Part shown: positions 21,202-33,987 of the stretch, piece after piece
Layout: each line of letters starts with the position of its first letter
How positions within the stretch are numbered: the stretch's first letter is position 1
Source: Hyaloraphidium curvatum SAG 235-1
Taxonomy: Eukaryota > Fungi > Monoblepharomycota
DNA length: 64,000 bases
Assembly (NCBI GenBank): GCA_025558095.1
Contig: JAIVFI010000036.1
Location: 372,001 to 436,000 of the forward strand
Reading direction: 5' to 3'
Position numbers and translations under genes: made by a program
Notes under the pieces: generated by a model
The model's input: the letters and a program-made list of their open reading frames with translations, nothing else
Told to the model about the DNA's origin: nothing
Databases searched by the model: none

Positions 21202-22778
21202 CTACCTCCCCTTTCCCTTTCCCTGCATCCGCTTGCTCTTGCCGGGCCTCATCTTCTTCCCTCCCTTCTTCATTCCGGGCTTGCCGACCTTGAACTTGGG
21301 CTTGAACTTGCCCTTCCCGCCACCAAAAGGCTTCTTCATCGACTTCGGGTCGAAACCATCCACCGCGTCCAGCGAGTCCCGCGTGTTGGACTTGGAGAAC
21401 TTCTTCTTGCCTCCGTAAGAGTACTTATCGTCCTTCAGCTTCCGCTTTTTGGACTTGCCGCCGGCATCCTGCCTTGCCTTCTTGCTGGGGCGCTCATCCG
21501 AGAAGGCATTGTCGATCTCCACGTCAAAGTCCTCGCCGTCTCCGGCGCCGGCACCGTCCTGCCGCTTCCGCTTCAGCTTCTGGATCTTCTCAAGGTCCTT
21601 CGACTTCTGCTTCTGCCGCTCCTGGAGCTTCTGCACCTGAACCTGCTTCCCGAACTTCTTGGCTTCCCGGAGGCGCTTCATCTCGTCGGCACGCTTGATG
21701 GCCGCTGCCTCCTCGATCAGGTTCCGGCGCACCTTCTCCATCTGCTCGTCCGACTTGACCATTTCGGCAAAGTAGTCGTCCGGCCGGCTGAACGGCACGC
21801 CAGCGGCTAGAACCATTTGCCGGCCCGCGAGAGCTGATGCGAGAGCCTGGTCGTAGAAGGCTTGCTCGCGCTTCATGTCGTCGTGGACCGCCTCCTCCGC
21901 GATGGAATCACGCAGGGGCTTGGAGGAGGTGACGACCATGGTCTCGATCCAAGGGACCGTGACGCCGGGCTGGTCGAGGCGGATATCGTTGTACCGAGCA
22001 ACAAGAGCGGGCTGCGACGGGGGTCGTTGGCTCCCGCGTGGTGCTGCGACGGAAAGCCACTCACGATGTTGTTGATGTCCTTCTTCGGAACGAAGCCCTT
22101 CTTCCCGGCAACAAGCGGTGCCTCGTCGTCGTCGCTCCCACTGCCGTCATCATCGCTCCCGTCGTCGGCGCTCGCTTCGGAGCCGTCCTCGTCCTCGCTT
22201 TGCGAGCCGTCGGCCCCGGCCTTTTCGGCCACCATAAGGGCGTATGCCGCTTCCTCCTCGTCCATTTCCTCGCTGCTGTCTCCCTCTTCGTCGTCGTCCG
22301 ACTCCTCATCGGTCCTCGGCAAGAGCGCAGCGGCTTTCCTCGAGTCCTTTGCCGGCTGTCCGGGCTTCCCCTTCGGAACTGCAACCGCGCCGGCCTTCTT
22401 CGCGGCGTCTTTCTTGCCATGCTTTGCCGCCGGCGCCTCGTCCGGCGCGCTCCGAGATTGCTTCGCCTTTGATTCCCCGGGTTTCGAGTCTGTTTTGGCC
22501 TTCTTGGCCGACTCGGACTTCGCCGGCGACGCCGTCGAGGATTCCCCGGCCATCATGGCGTTGCCAATGTCCGTACCCTCCAGGCTCTGCGCCCTGATGA
22601 AGGATTCGAGGTCCTCGAAGTCGAAATCATCGCCGTCCTGGCCGAAGTCAAAGTCCGACTCCCCGTCGTCGTCATCGGACGGCGGAGGAGCAACCTTCGC
22701 CGGCTTCTTGTCGAATGACACCTTGGCACCCTTTTGCGGCGCAGGTTTGGCCGGCGCCTGCTTCCGCTGCTTCGCCAT
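21202..22778 (-). CDS. EBP2: rRNA-processing protein Ebp2
   Basis: DDMKREQAFYDQAL, PFSRPDDYFAEMVKSDEQMEKVR, KKFGKQVQ, RPGKSKR; one intron at about 22007-22064. Confidence 0.93.
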
Positions 22779-22884
22779 TGGCAAGTTTTGGTTGTTGATA
22801 CTGCCCGGGCCGGGCGCGCGCTCCCAGCAGCATCGGAGTGATTGCCTTACCAGCTTTCCCCCTCTCTCTGCCGCCGTCCCCGCC

Positions 22885-23911
22885 ATGGACCCGATGGGTA
22901 TCCTCGACGACCGCGGCCCCGCGGTCACCATTCAGAAGCACGACAAGGAGTCGCGCGTCATGAACTTTGTGCTCTCCAACGTGGATCTTTCGTTCGCGAA
23001 CGCTCTGCGGCGCGTCATGATCTCGGACGTGCCGACCGTCGCCATCGACCTCGTTGAGATCGACCAGAACACTTCGGTCCTTGCGGACGAGTTTATCGCG
23101 CACCGCCTCGGCCTGGTGCCGCTGGTCTCGACCGAGGGCCGCGAGCTCAACTACACCGTGGAGTGCACCTGCCAGAAGTACTGCGACCAGTGCTCCGTGG
23201 AGCTGTACCTCAACGTACGCGCGGTCGAGGAGGACTTTCGGACCGTCACGTCGGAGGACATTTCGTCGTCGCACAACTCGGTGAAGCCGGTGCCGCCCAC
23301 GCACTTCGGGCAGCACAAGGTCCGCATGGGGGACCCGGCACCGCCGGCGGCGCCGAAACCCAGCGGGGTGCTCATCGCGAAGCTGAAGAAGAACCAGGCA
23401 CTAAAGATCAAGTGCATCGCAAAGAAGGGGACCGGAAAGGAACACGCCAAGTGGTCCCCCGTCTGCGGGCTCGGTGGGTGGTGCCCGGCGATCGTTTGGT
23501 GTTGCCAAGCGACTGACCTCCTTTGGCATTGATCAAGGAATGGAGTACGACCCCCTGAACAAGCTGAAGCACACGACGTACTGGTACGAAACCAACGCGA
23601 ACGAGGAGTGGCCCCTGTCCGAAAACGGCAAGCGGGAAAAGGCCATGGAGCGCGACGCGGATGCCGGCAAGTTCGACTACAACGCGCAGCCCAACAAGTT
23701 CTACTTTACGCTCGAGACGACCGGTGCGCTGGAGCCCAAGGACGTCGTTGTCTCTGCCCTCTCGGAGCTTGAGGCGAAGCTGGTGATGCTCAAGCAGTCC
23801 TTGACTGAAGGCACACAGGCACCAGCTGGCGCGATGCAGGCACCGGGATCCGTGTGGGGCGGCATGCCGCAGGCTCCGTCGGTTTGGGGAGGTGGTGCTG
23901 GATGGGGCTGA
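22885..23911 (+). CDS. RPB3: RNA polymerase II subunit Rpb3
   Basis: ANALRRVMISDVPTVAID, DEFIAHRLGLVPL, CTCQKYCDQCSV, KKGTGKEHAKWSP; intron at about 23474-23537. Confidence 0.95.
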
Positions 23912-24094
23912 AGATGTATCGGGTCTTCGTGACAGCGGCCAAAGACTTCTCGATCATGGTCGGTAGCCACTAGAACTCGTTGCGATCGTTAGAGATCGTT
24001 CGTTTCGGGCGTGCAGTTGTGGGTGAGTTTCACATGCCTTTAAAGGCACTGCAGGCGTGGAGACAATCTCCTTTGGCCGGAAGGTGTTCCCACA

Positions 24095-26761
24095 ATGTCG
24101 TGGATCCCGCCGGCCGTGGTGGACACGGTCAAGAGCAATGCTGCTTCCGCAACTGCCGCGGCTGCGGCGGCCGGCACGGCATTCCTCGGTCCGCGGAACC
24201 AGCGGACGCGGCGCATCCTGCTGCTGTCCGCCTTTGCTGCTGCCGGGGCCTACTACCTGCAGCAGCAGCGCCGAGGGTTCCCGAAGCAGAAGGACCTTAC
24301 CGTGGACGTGCCCAAGAAGGGCGCGGGCTCGGACCGGAAGAGGGACCGCGGCAAGGTGGACGCGGAGTTCGTGAGGTGCGCGCTTCCCCGGTCGGCACAA
24401 GGTCTCGCGAGCTGAAGGTCTCCCGGCTACGACTTATCAGGCAAATCAAGGTCATCCTTAGCATCTGCATTCCCGGCTGGCATTCGCCCGAGGCCATGGT
24501 GCTTTACACGCACACCTTTTTCCTCGTGCTGCGAACGTACCTCAGCTTGGTGGTCGCGGACCTGGACGGACGAATCGTGAAGGACCTCGTGGGTAATCTG
24601 CGCGGCTGTCGGCGATGCAGGGCTGATTCCGCTGGCCAAGATTCGTGCGGACCTCCGGGAGTTCGTCAAGGGCATTATCTATTGGTTCGCCATCGCAATC
24701 CCGGCGACCTACACCAACAGCATGGTGGGTAGCTGAAGCTGCGAGGCCCGCAGGCATCGTGTCTCCTGACCACGGTCGATTCGGCAGATTCGCTACCTGC
24801 AATCAAAGATCGCCATCGCCTTCCGGACCAAACTGACCCGCTACGTGACGGATCTCTACGTCGACAACAACACGTACTACAAGATCATCCAGCTCGACCG
24901 CAGGATCGAAGGTGCCGATCAGCTCATCACCACGGACGTCAACCGGTTCTGCAACGCCGCGTCGGCGCTCTACTCCAACCTCGGCAAACCGCTTCTGGAC
25001 ATGATCATCTTCAACGTCCAGCTCGCGCGCAACGTCGGCGCTGCGGGTACCGTCGCACTCTTTGCCAACTACCTGCTCACCGCGGCTATCATGCGCGCCG
25101 CTACTCCGTCCTTCGGCAAGATGGCCGCCGAGGAGGCCGAGCTCGAGGGAGATTTCCGCTACGCCCATACCCGCATCATCACCAATGCAGAGGAGATTGC
25201 GTTCTACAACGGCGGAGAACTCGAGCTTTCCGTTTTGGACCGCGCGTACCGCAAGCTCATCCGGCACGTCAACAAGGTCTATCAGATTAGGATCGCGTAC
25301 AATATGGTGAGGCATTTCGTCCAGGCTCCTCAATCGTCTCTAAACGGCGTCTCAGTTTGAGGACTTTGTGATCAAGTATCTCTGGTTCGTTCATCTGAGC
25401 GTGGTTATTTCGAAGGCTGACTGTCGCTGGCAGGTCCGCATTTGGTCTTATGATATCGGCCGTGCCTGTCTTTTACCCCGAATGGGCCGGCTCTCGCACC
25501 AAGAGGGAGGTTTCTGAGGATGCCGCTGCTGCGGGTCTCGATGCCGCCAAGGCCGTGGAACGCAGCACCGGCCAGCGCACGGCGGGCTTCATCACCAACA
25601 AAAGGTCGGTGCTCGCGGACTGTCCGATGGCCCTGTTTGCTTACTCCAGCGCTTTGCAGGCTCATGATCTCGCTGGCCGACGCCGGCGGCCGGTTGATGT
25701 ACTCTTACAAGGACCTTTCCGAGCTTGCCGGCTATACCAGCCGCGTGTACACCCTGATCGAGGCGCTGCAGGATCTGCACAAGGACAAGTTCATGAAGCT
25801 GAAGTCGGCGGCGGCAAAGTTCGATGGGGAGGAGTTCGACATCGCGGACCAGAAGGGCGTCGTCTTTGAAAACGGCAAGAGCATCCGGTTCGAGGGCGTC
25901 CCGGTGGCCGTCCCCGCCGGCGACTCTCTGCTCGTCAAGGACTTGACTTTTGAGATCCAACCTGGAGATCATCTGATCGTCACCGGGCCAAACGGGTCCG
26001 GAAAGACGTCTGTCATGCGGATCCTTGCCCGCCTCTGGCCTCTTTTCCGCGGGGAGCTGGAGAAGCCACCCAAGGGATACGATTCCATCTTCTACATTCC
26101 TCAGCGACCGTACCTCGTCGTGGGCTCCCTCCGCGACCAGGTCATCTACCCGCACTCGCACGCGGAGATGAAGAAGGCCGGGAGGACGGACGAGGAGCTG
26201 GAAGAGATCTTGGGCAAGGTGTACCTGCAGTACCTCGTGGACCGCGAGGGAGGCTGGGATGCCGTCAAGGAGTGGAAGGTGGGAGGAACGCTTCACGGCT
26301 CTTGAGCGCGGTCTGATCGACTTCCGCAGGACGTTTTCTCCGGCGGCGAGAAACAGAGGATCCAGATGGCGCGTCTCTTCTATCACAGCCCCAAGTGGGC
26401 GGTGCTCGACGAAGCGACTTCGGCGGTGTCCCCGGACGTGGAGGGCCTCATGTACGCCCATGCGGCCGATGCCGGCATCACCTTCATCTCCATCTCGCAC
26501 CGGCCGGCGCTCTTCAAATACCACGCATATCTTTTGCGACTCGGCGAGGGCGAGGACGGACACGGGTGGAGCTTCGAGCGGATCTCGTCGCCCGAGGAGA
26601 TCATGCACAGTCTCGAGGGCGAGATCCAGAAGCTGGAGGCACAGCTCGCGGATGTGGACGATTTGAAGCGGCGTCTTGCTGCGATCAACATGGAGCTGCG
26701 GCTGAACATGTCGGCGCCCAAGGACGGCGCTCTGCGGCACGCGCGGAGATCGTTGGTGTAG
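24095..26761 (+). CDS. PXA1: Peroxisomal ABCD half-transporter
   Basis: [38 protein letters not shown], Walker [27 protein letters not shown]; many introns. Confidence 0.88.
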
Positions 26762-26816
26762 ATTCGGAACAGCGGTGTAGACCTGTAGACAAATCTATGG
26801 CAAGAGTCTTAGTTAA

Positions 26817-27328
26817 TCAGCGAAGGAATGGATTGCCGTTGTCTCTCCTAGTTATCGATTCTGTCGAGGACGTCGACGAGCTCTGCCCTGAGGCTACGCG
26901 GGCAGGATCATCGGGAGCCGCATCCCGCTTTCGCGGAAGAGAAGCGAAGTTCGCAGCCACGTAGCCGATTGCTGCTTCTAGACTGTCCATAGCAGCCAGA
27001 ATGTCAGCGAGAGTGTCCTCGTCGAGTTCCGGAAACGCTTTGTAAAGCTGAGCTGTCAAAGGGCTGTTGGACTGGTCCCCGGTTGTATGGCTCCCCAATG
27101 ATTCCAGAGCGTCCTCGTTACTTGGCACAGATCCTTAGCAAAGCGCAGTCAAATGGAGAGCGGGTAGCGGGCTCACCAGGACCACCTGCCTCGCAGAAAC
27201 TGCACAGATTCGAGGAACGTTCTTTCGCGCAATTCTCCGCGGAGGAGCTCAAAAAGGTCCTTTTCCGACAAGGACGGGAACAATGCCAATATCATCTGCA
27301 CGTCCGCGTGGCCCCAAGTTGCTGACAT
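26817..27328 (-). CDS. Small protein with two CUE-like ubiquitin-binding domains
   Basis: Exon 1 MILALFPSLSEKDLFELL; exon 2 LYKAFPELDEDTLADILAAMDSLEAAIGYV (FP motif plus helices). Confidence 0.5.
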
Positions 27329-27479
27329 CACTAAGAATCGTGGGGTGGCGGGAGTGGAGAGAAGCGGAGTTTTAGGGGACAGTCGGACGGCAAACCAAGT
27401 TCGAGCCAACATCTATCACACGCAAGAAACAAGATCAGAAGAATCGTAGCAGGAAAGCTGGAGCTTGCAATCGTCTCGA

Positions 27480-27554
27480 CTGCTCGGCTTGAAGCATCAT
27501 GAAGGACCGGCGGCAGAAGCCTTTCCCGATCCCCAATCATTGCAGCCAAAGCAG
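27480..27554 (-). promoter_or_regulatory. Eukaryotic SECIS element (type II) in the 3' UTR of the DsbA/FrnE gene
   Basis: mRNA sense: CUGCUUUGGCU-GCA-AUGAU-UGGGGAUCGG-GAAA-GGC-UUCU-GCC-G-CCGGUCCUUCA-UGAU-GCUUCA-AGCCGAGCAG. This gives helix I, a UGAU/UGAU quartet, a 10-bp helix II, unpaired AAA 12 nt after AUGA, and an apical mini-stem. Confidence 0.88.
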
Positions 27555-27604
27555 GATACGAAAGCACCCCTCACCCCCGACAATCAAACGATTCATTCAG
27601 GCGC

Positions 27605-28723
27605 TCAGAGCTTCTCCGATACCTCTTCGATGAGCTCCGCAAACAGCTCTGCCGTCCAACGTCAGCCAAAAGGTGCCACCTGACCGGCCATGGTCAACCA
27701 AGACTCACCGCTGTCTTGCGCACCTGAAACGGAGTACTTTTTGTTGAAGATGAAAAAGGGAACTCCGTTGACTGGCGACGGAGTGTCAGCTGATAGCTTC
27801 ATTGCTGCCATGTCATCTGCTCACCGCCGCGGCGCGACCAAGACATGGCCTCCCCCAGGATCCGCTATCAAAAGCCAAAGGCGAACGAGACAGGCACTAG
27901 CGTCAGATAAAGGGCGAGTGCCTTTGCGACGCGTGCTTACGTCGTAGTCCTGTCGTGGAAGGAGGGTGAGCGAAGGGCACAACCACTGGCAAGCATCCAC
28001 TCATACCTTGCCGCTCTTGAGGTAGGTCTCGATCTCCTCCTTGTCGACTCCCACCGAAGTAGCAATGCCCACGAGCACGTCGAGGTCGGAGATGTTCTTT
28101 CCGCAGCGAGTTAGGCACCCCGTTGGCAAAGCAACCACATCCAATACCTTGCACTCGTCAAAGTAGGCCGCAAAGAGCTTGTCCATCAGCTTGTCCGTGA
28201 CCTCTGGCCCGTACTTGGACTGAACAAAGTCGACGAGGCGGTGCGACTCCACGGTTTGCGCAATCACCCCGTCGTAACGCACGGTGAGTCCCTCCTTCTC
28301 GAACACTTGCTGCATGTGCGGGATCATCTGTTTAACGCGAGCCTCGCCGAACTTGGACTTGTAGCGCTCGAGCTTGTTGACACCCTGTGGTTTAATAGCC
28401 ATCAGGCACCGCTCGTCATAAGAGTCCATCGTAATCTCTAGCCCAACCTGCTTCGGCAGCGTCGGATCGAGCAGGAAGGGGTGCCAAGTGATCTTGAACT
28501 CCAGTTCGTCCTTGAACTTGGCCATCGCCCGCTCGAGTCGGCGCTTGCCGACCGTGCACCAAGGTCAGATAGTATCTGTACGAGGAGGAGTGAAGCCGAG
28601 AGAGTTCGAGGGAGTAAGCCGAGAGAGTTGGAGGGAGTGAAGCCGAGAAGCGACTAGCGAACTGCAAGGCTACCGACCAGACACAATGTCGATGGTGAGG
28701 ACCTTCTTCTTGCCGTCGGTCAT
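27605..28723 (-). CDS. DsbA/FrnE-family thioredoxin-fold oxidoreductase, predicted selenoprotein (U19-P-W-C22)
   Basis: Exon 1 (28723-28678) MTDGKKKVLTIDIVS splices to GAT ACT ATC TGA CCT TGG TGC ACG GTC GGC AAG CGC (D-T-I-U-P-W-C-T-V-G-K-R). Later motifs WHPFLLDP, VNGVPFFIFN, VSGAQ. Seven exons; SECIS downstream. Confidence 0.88.
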
Positions 28724-29015
28724 GGTTCCAAAGGTTCTGTACGCAGCAAGCGGCCGGAGACTGGGTGACAGGACAAGTGGGAGGCATGGCCAAAAGGCCG
28801 CGTGGATCGCGTTAGCGGCGCTCGCGGGCGTGCGGCTCTCGCCAATCGTATACCAACGTAGTGGAAGGAGCGACGAGGCGGGTCGGAGCGACGGTGGAGA
28901 GCGCTCCACGAAATCTCATAAGCGGAGCCACGCTGCTATTAGCTCTGCTATGGGCTGGCTGCCGCGGAGTAGCCCCAGGGTGATCACAAACTTGCCCGGA
29001 GCCCAGATATCGCCA

Positions 29016-30199
29016 ATGGAGTTCTTTTCGGACGTGTTGCAGACCCTTGAAGCCGAGAATGAGACACGGGAGGTGCGATGCGCCGGGATTCGGCCCCTGA
29101 ACGCGTCCAACTGGAGCGCGGTGACTTGTGCAGAACATCCGGAACGTCGTTCGGGAGCTGGAGAGGACATGCCGGTCTATCGTGGCGATCATGAGCCAGA
29201 TACATTCGTCGGCTTCTGCAGAAAGTGATTGGAGCTGCTGTTGGGCCCGTGGGAAGCGAGATGGACCGATCGCGCCTCGTTCTCCCGACAGGTGTGACGA
29301 GGATCACGGCGGAGGCCGCGGCCAAGATGGGAGATGTGCGAACGCTCTTGACGAAGCTGGCGCAACAGGTTCCGGCGGATCAATACTATCGGTGAGGGAC
29401 GACACGGCTCACGACCGGTCCTGTCAACTGAACCACTTCGCCATGAACTCGTCAGATACAACGGGATGTGGTCCTTCACTCTGCAATCAGGTGGCTGCAA
29501 CGAACTTCATTCATGGATGAGGGCTGACTTGGATTCCATCATGTGTTGACTCGGACAGCCGTCTTCTTGGCTGCGCTGACGACCTACGTCCAACACGAGC
29601 GATTAATCACCGTTCCCGAGGTGGAACAAGCCCTAGGAGGTGCGCTCGTTATGTGCGGCAGAGAAAGTGCTGGGGTATCTCACCTCCGGGTCAACAGTCC
29701 CGGTTTCGCTAAACGGCGAGTTGCCAAACTTCCATATCGGCGTCGAGGACCTGCTACATGGGATGGTCTCCTTAACAGGCGAGCTGGTGGGTTCGCCGCG
29801 GCGAAAGCTGTGCTCTGGAACCAATTGAAATCTTCATCCTTCGGCTAGTCTCGGTTGGCAGTCAACAGGTGAAGTGATCTCGTCGTTCCGCGGTCGCACC
29901 GCGCCTGAGGCGTCCCGCAGCGTAACCTACGGCGACTTCGACCGCCCCTTGCGGATATCCAAGTTCGTCGGCGACCTGTACAGCGGCTTCCAGCTGCTGA
30001 ACCTGAAGAACGACGCGCTGCGGAAGCGGTTCGATTCCATCAAGTACGACCTCAAGAAGATCGAGGAGGTACGTGGCCGGGCGACCACGCTGGAAAACGC
30101 TGATCGCGTGCGCAGGTCGTGTACGACATTTCCGTCCGCGGGCTGGGGTCCAAGGAACCCGCGGCACCGGCGGCGGACTCGGGCCCGGCACCGGCATGA
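29016..30199 (+). CDS. TSN: Translin
   Basis: FHIGVEDLLHGMVSLTGEL, SVTYGDFDRPLRISKFV, FQLLNLKNDALRKRFDSIKYDLKKIEEVVYDISVRGL; multi-exon. Confidence 0.9.
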
Positions 30200-30354
30200 C
30201 AACCCTCGCACGCGACACCTCTCTCTTCCATACCCTTTCTATTCTTCCGCCACACCCAACCGAGCTCGAGCTGTACAGCTTTGGGTATCGGATCCGATTC
30301 CCCCAAAATGATCGCACCCTGCTAGCTTCCGTCCGCGTCCGCGGCGGCTCCGCT

Positions 30355-32506
<2,152 letters not shown>

Positions 32507-32829
32507 CGCCGCTCGAGCGGACCGTCCCGCGGGCCGCTCGGAGGCTGCGCGGCCGCAAGGGGACCGCCGGCCACGCGGGCCTCCTCAGGTGATCCGAGTC
32601 CGCGGCCCGGGTTCGGGCGAGTCGCGGTGCACAGACTCCTGTTGACTGTCGCCACGTTGCGCAGTCGCGTGCGCGCGCGTGGGCCGCGCGAAACACGCCC
32701 GGAGCGCCCCCCGATTCCGGCCTCGCCTGGCTGCATTCCGGCATCGCATTCCGCGTGCCACGCTATTTGGAGCACACGGAAGGAGAGTCCCGCCCGGAGA
32801 GCCGGCAGACCACCATCCCTCCCACCACC

Positions 32830-33769
32830 ATGCGCGTGCTCGTCACTCCCGTCCTCCTCCCTCTGCTCCTCCTCTCCCTCCTCTACGCCACCTCGGCGCA
32901 GCCCTCCTCCCTCCTGGTCGCCGTACCGACGGACGCGCCCCCCGCCCCAACGCTGCTGCAGCCCTCGCCGCCCGGGGGGCCACGTCCGTCAAAGACCGCG
33001 GCGACGGTGCGGGTCGTGGGGCAGGCGACGGCCACGGCCGCTCCGGATAGGGTCGGTCTCATGCCTAGTGGTCACCAGCTGAGGTTGAGATGCTCCCTTC
33101 GTGCAGGCCGTCGTGGAAATCGCAATCGAGACGCGGGACACGTCGGCCCCCGCCGCGGCGACAAACAACGCCGTGCAGGCCGCGATCGTCGTTGCAGCCG
33201 TCAACGCCACCCTCTCGTCGGCCGAGCGCTCGTCCATCGAGACGGGCGCTTTCTACCTCTACCCCAACTACAACTACTCGGGGAGCGGCCTCCCAATCGT
33301 CGTCGGCTTCCAGGTCACGCAGCTCCTGACGGTCACCATCGACGCCACGGGCGCCGAGCTCGGCCGGCTAGCCTCCGCGGTCGCGGACGCCGCCATCCGC
33401 ACCGAGGCCAGCTCGAGCGTTCGCAGCACCGACTTTGCCCTGCGCGACCCGGAGGCGCTCCGCGCCCGCGCGCTGGCTGCCGCCGCCTCGGTCGGCGTTG
33501 CCAACGCCAAGGCTATCGCCGGGGCACTCGGGAAGGGCGTCGTGGACGTTGTTTCGGTGGAGGAGCCGACCGCGGCTCCTGCGGCGGTGCCCACGTACAA
33601 GGAGGCGCCCATGGCCGGTGCGATGCCGGCTAGCGACTCGTCGTCGCCGGAGATTGGAACGAGGATCGTGCCAGGGTGGGTTGCCCTCCTCTTTTGCCAC
33701 TCCTTCTCATTGGTCCACAGGTCTATCAAGGCAGCTGCACAAGTGATCGTCACGGCGACGGTCGCCTGA
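32830..33769 (+). CDS. Secreted SIMPL/DUF541 (BP26-like) protein
   Basis: Signal peptide; TVRVVGQATATAAPD, LYPNYNY...IVVGFQVTQLLTVTI, LRARALAAAASVGVANAKAIAGALG; two introns. Confidence 0.72.
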
Positions 33770-33987
33770 CTCGAGAAAACCCCCTGCTGGGAAGAAGCTG
33801 TGTCTATCATCCAGGATACCTGTCTGCTATGGCATCCATAATGCATTCTTTATGTGTGGCCGGGAGTGGATTGGGCACTTGACGCCCCGGCCCCCATCGC
33901 CGGGCCTGGCCCGCTCCCATCCCCAGCGAAAGGCTTCCACGCACACCGGCCCACGGCCCGCCCGCGTCCACCGGCACGCCGGCCACG

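Noticed and set aside
28565-28567. Treating the in-frame TGA as a nonsense mutation (pseudogene)
   Set aside because: It falls exactly on the catalytic Cys, the rest of the gene is intact with good splice sites, and a well-formed SECIS lies downstream.
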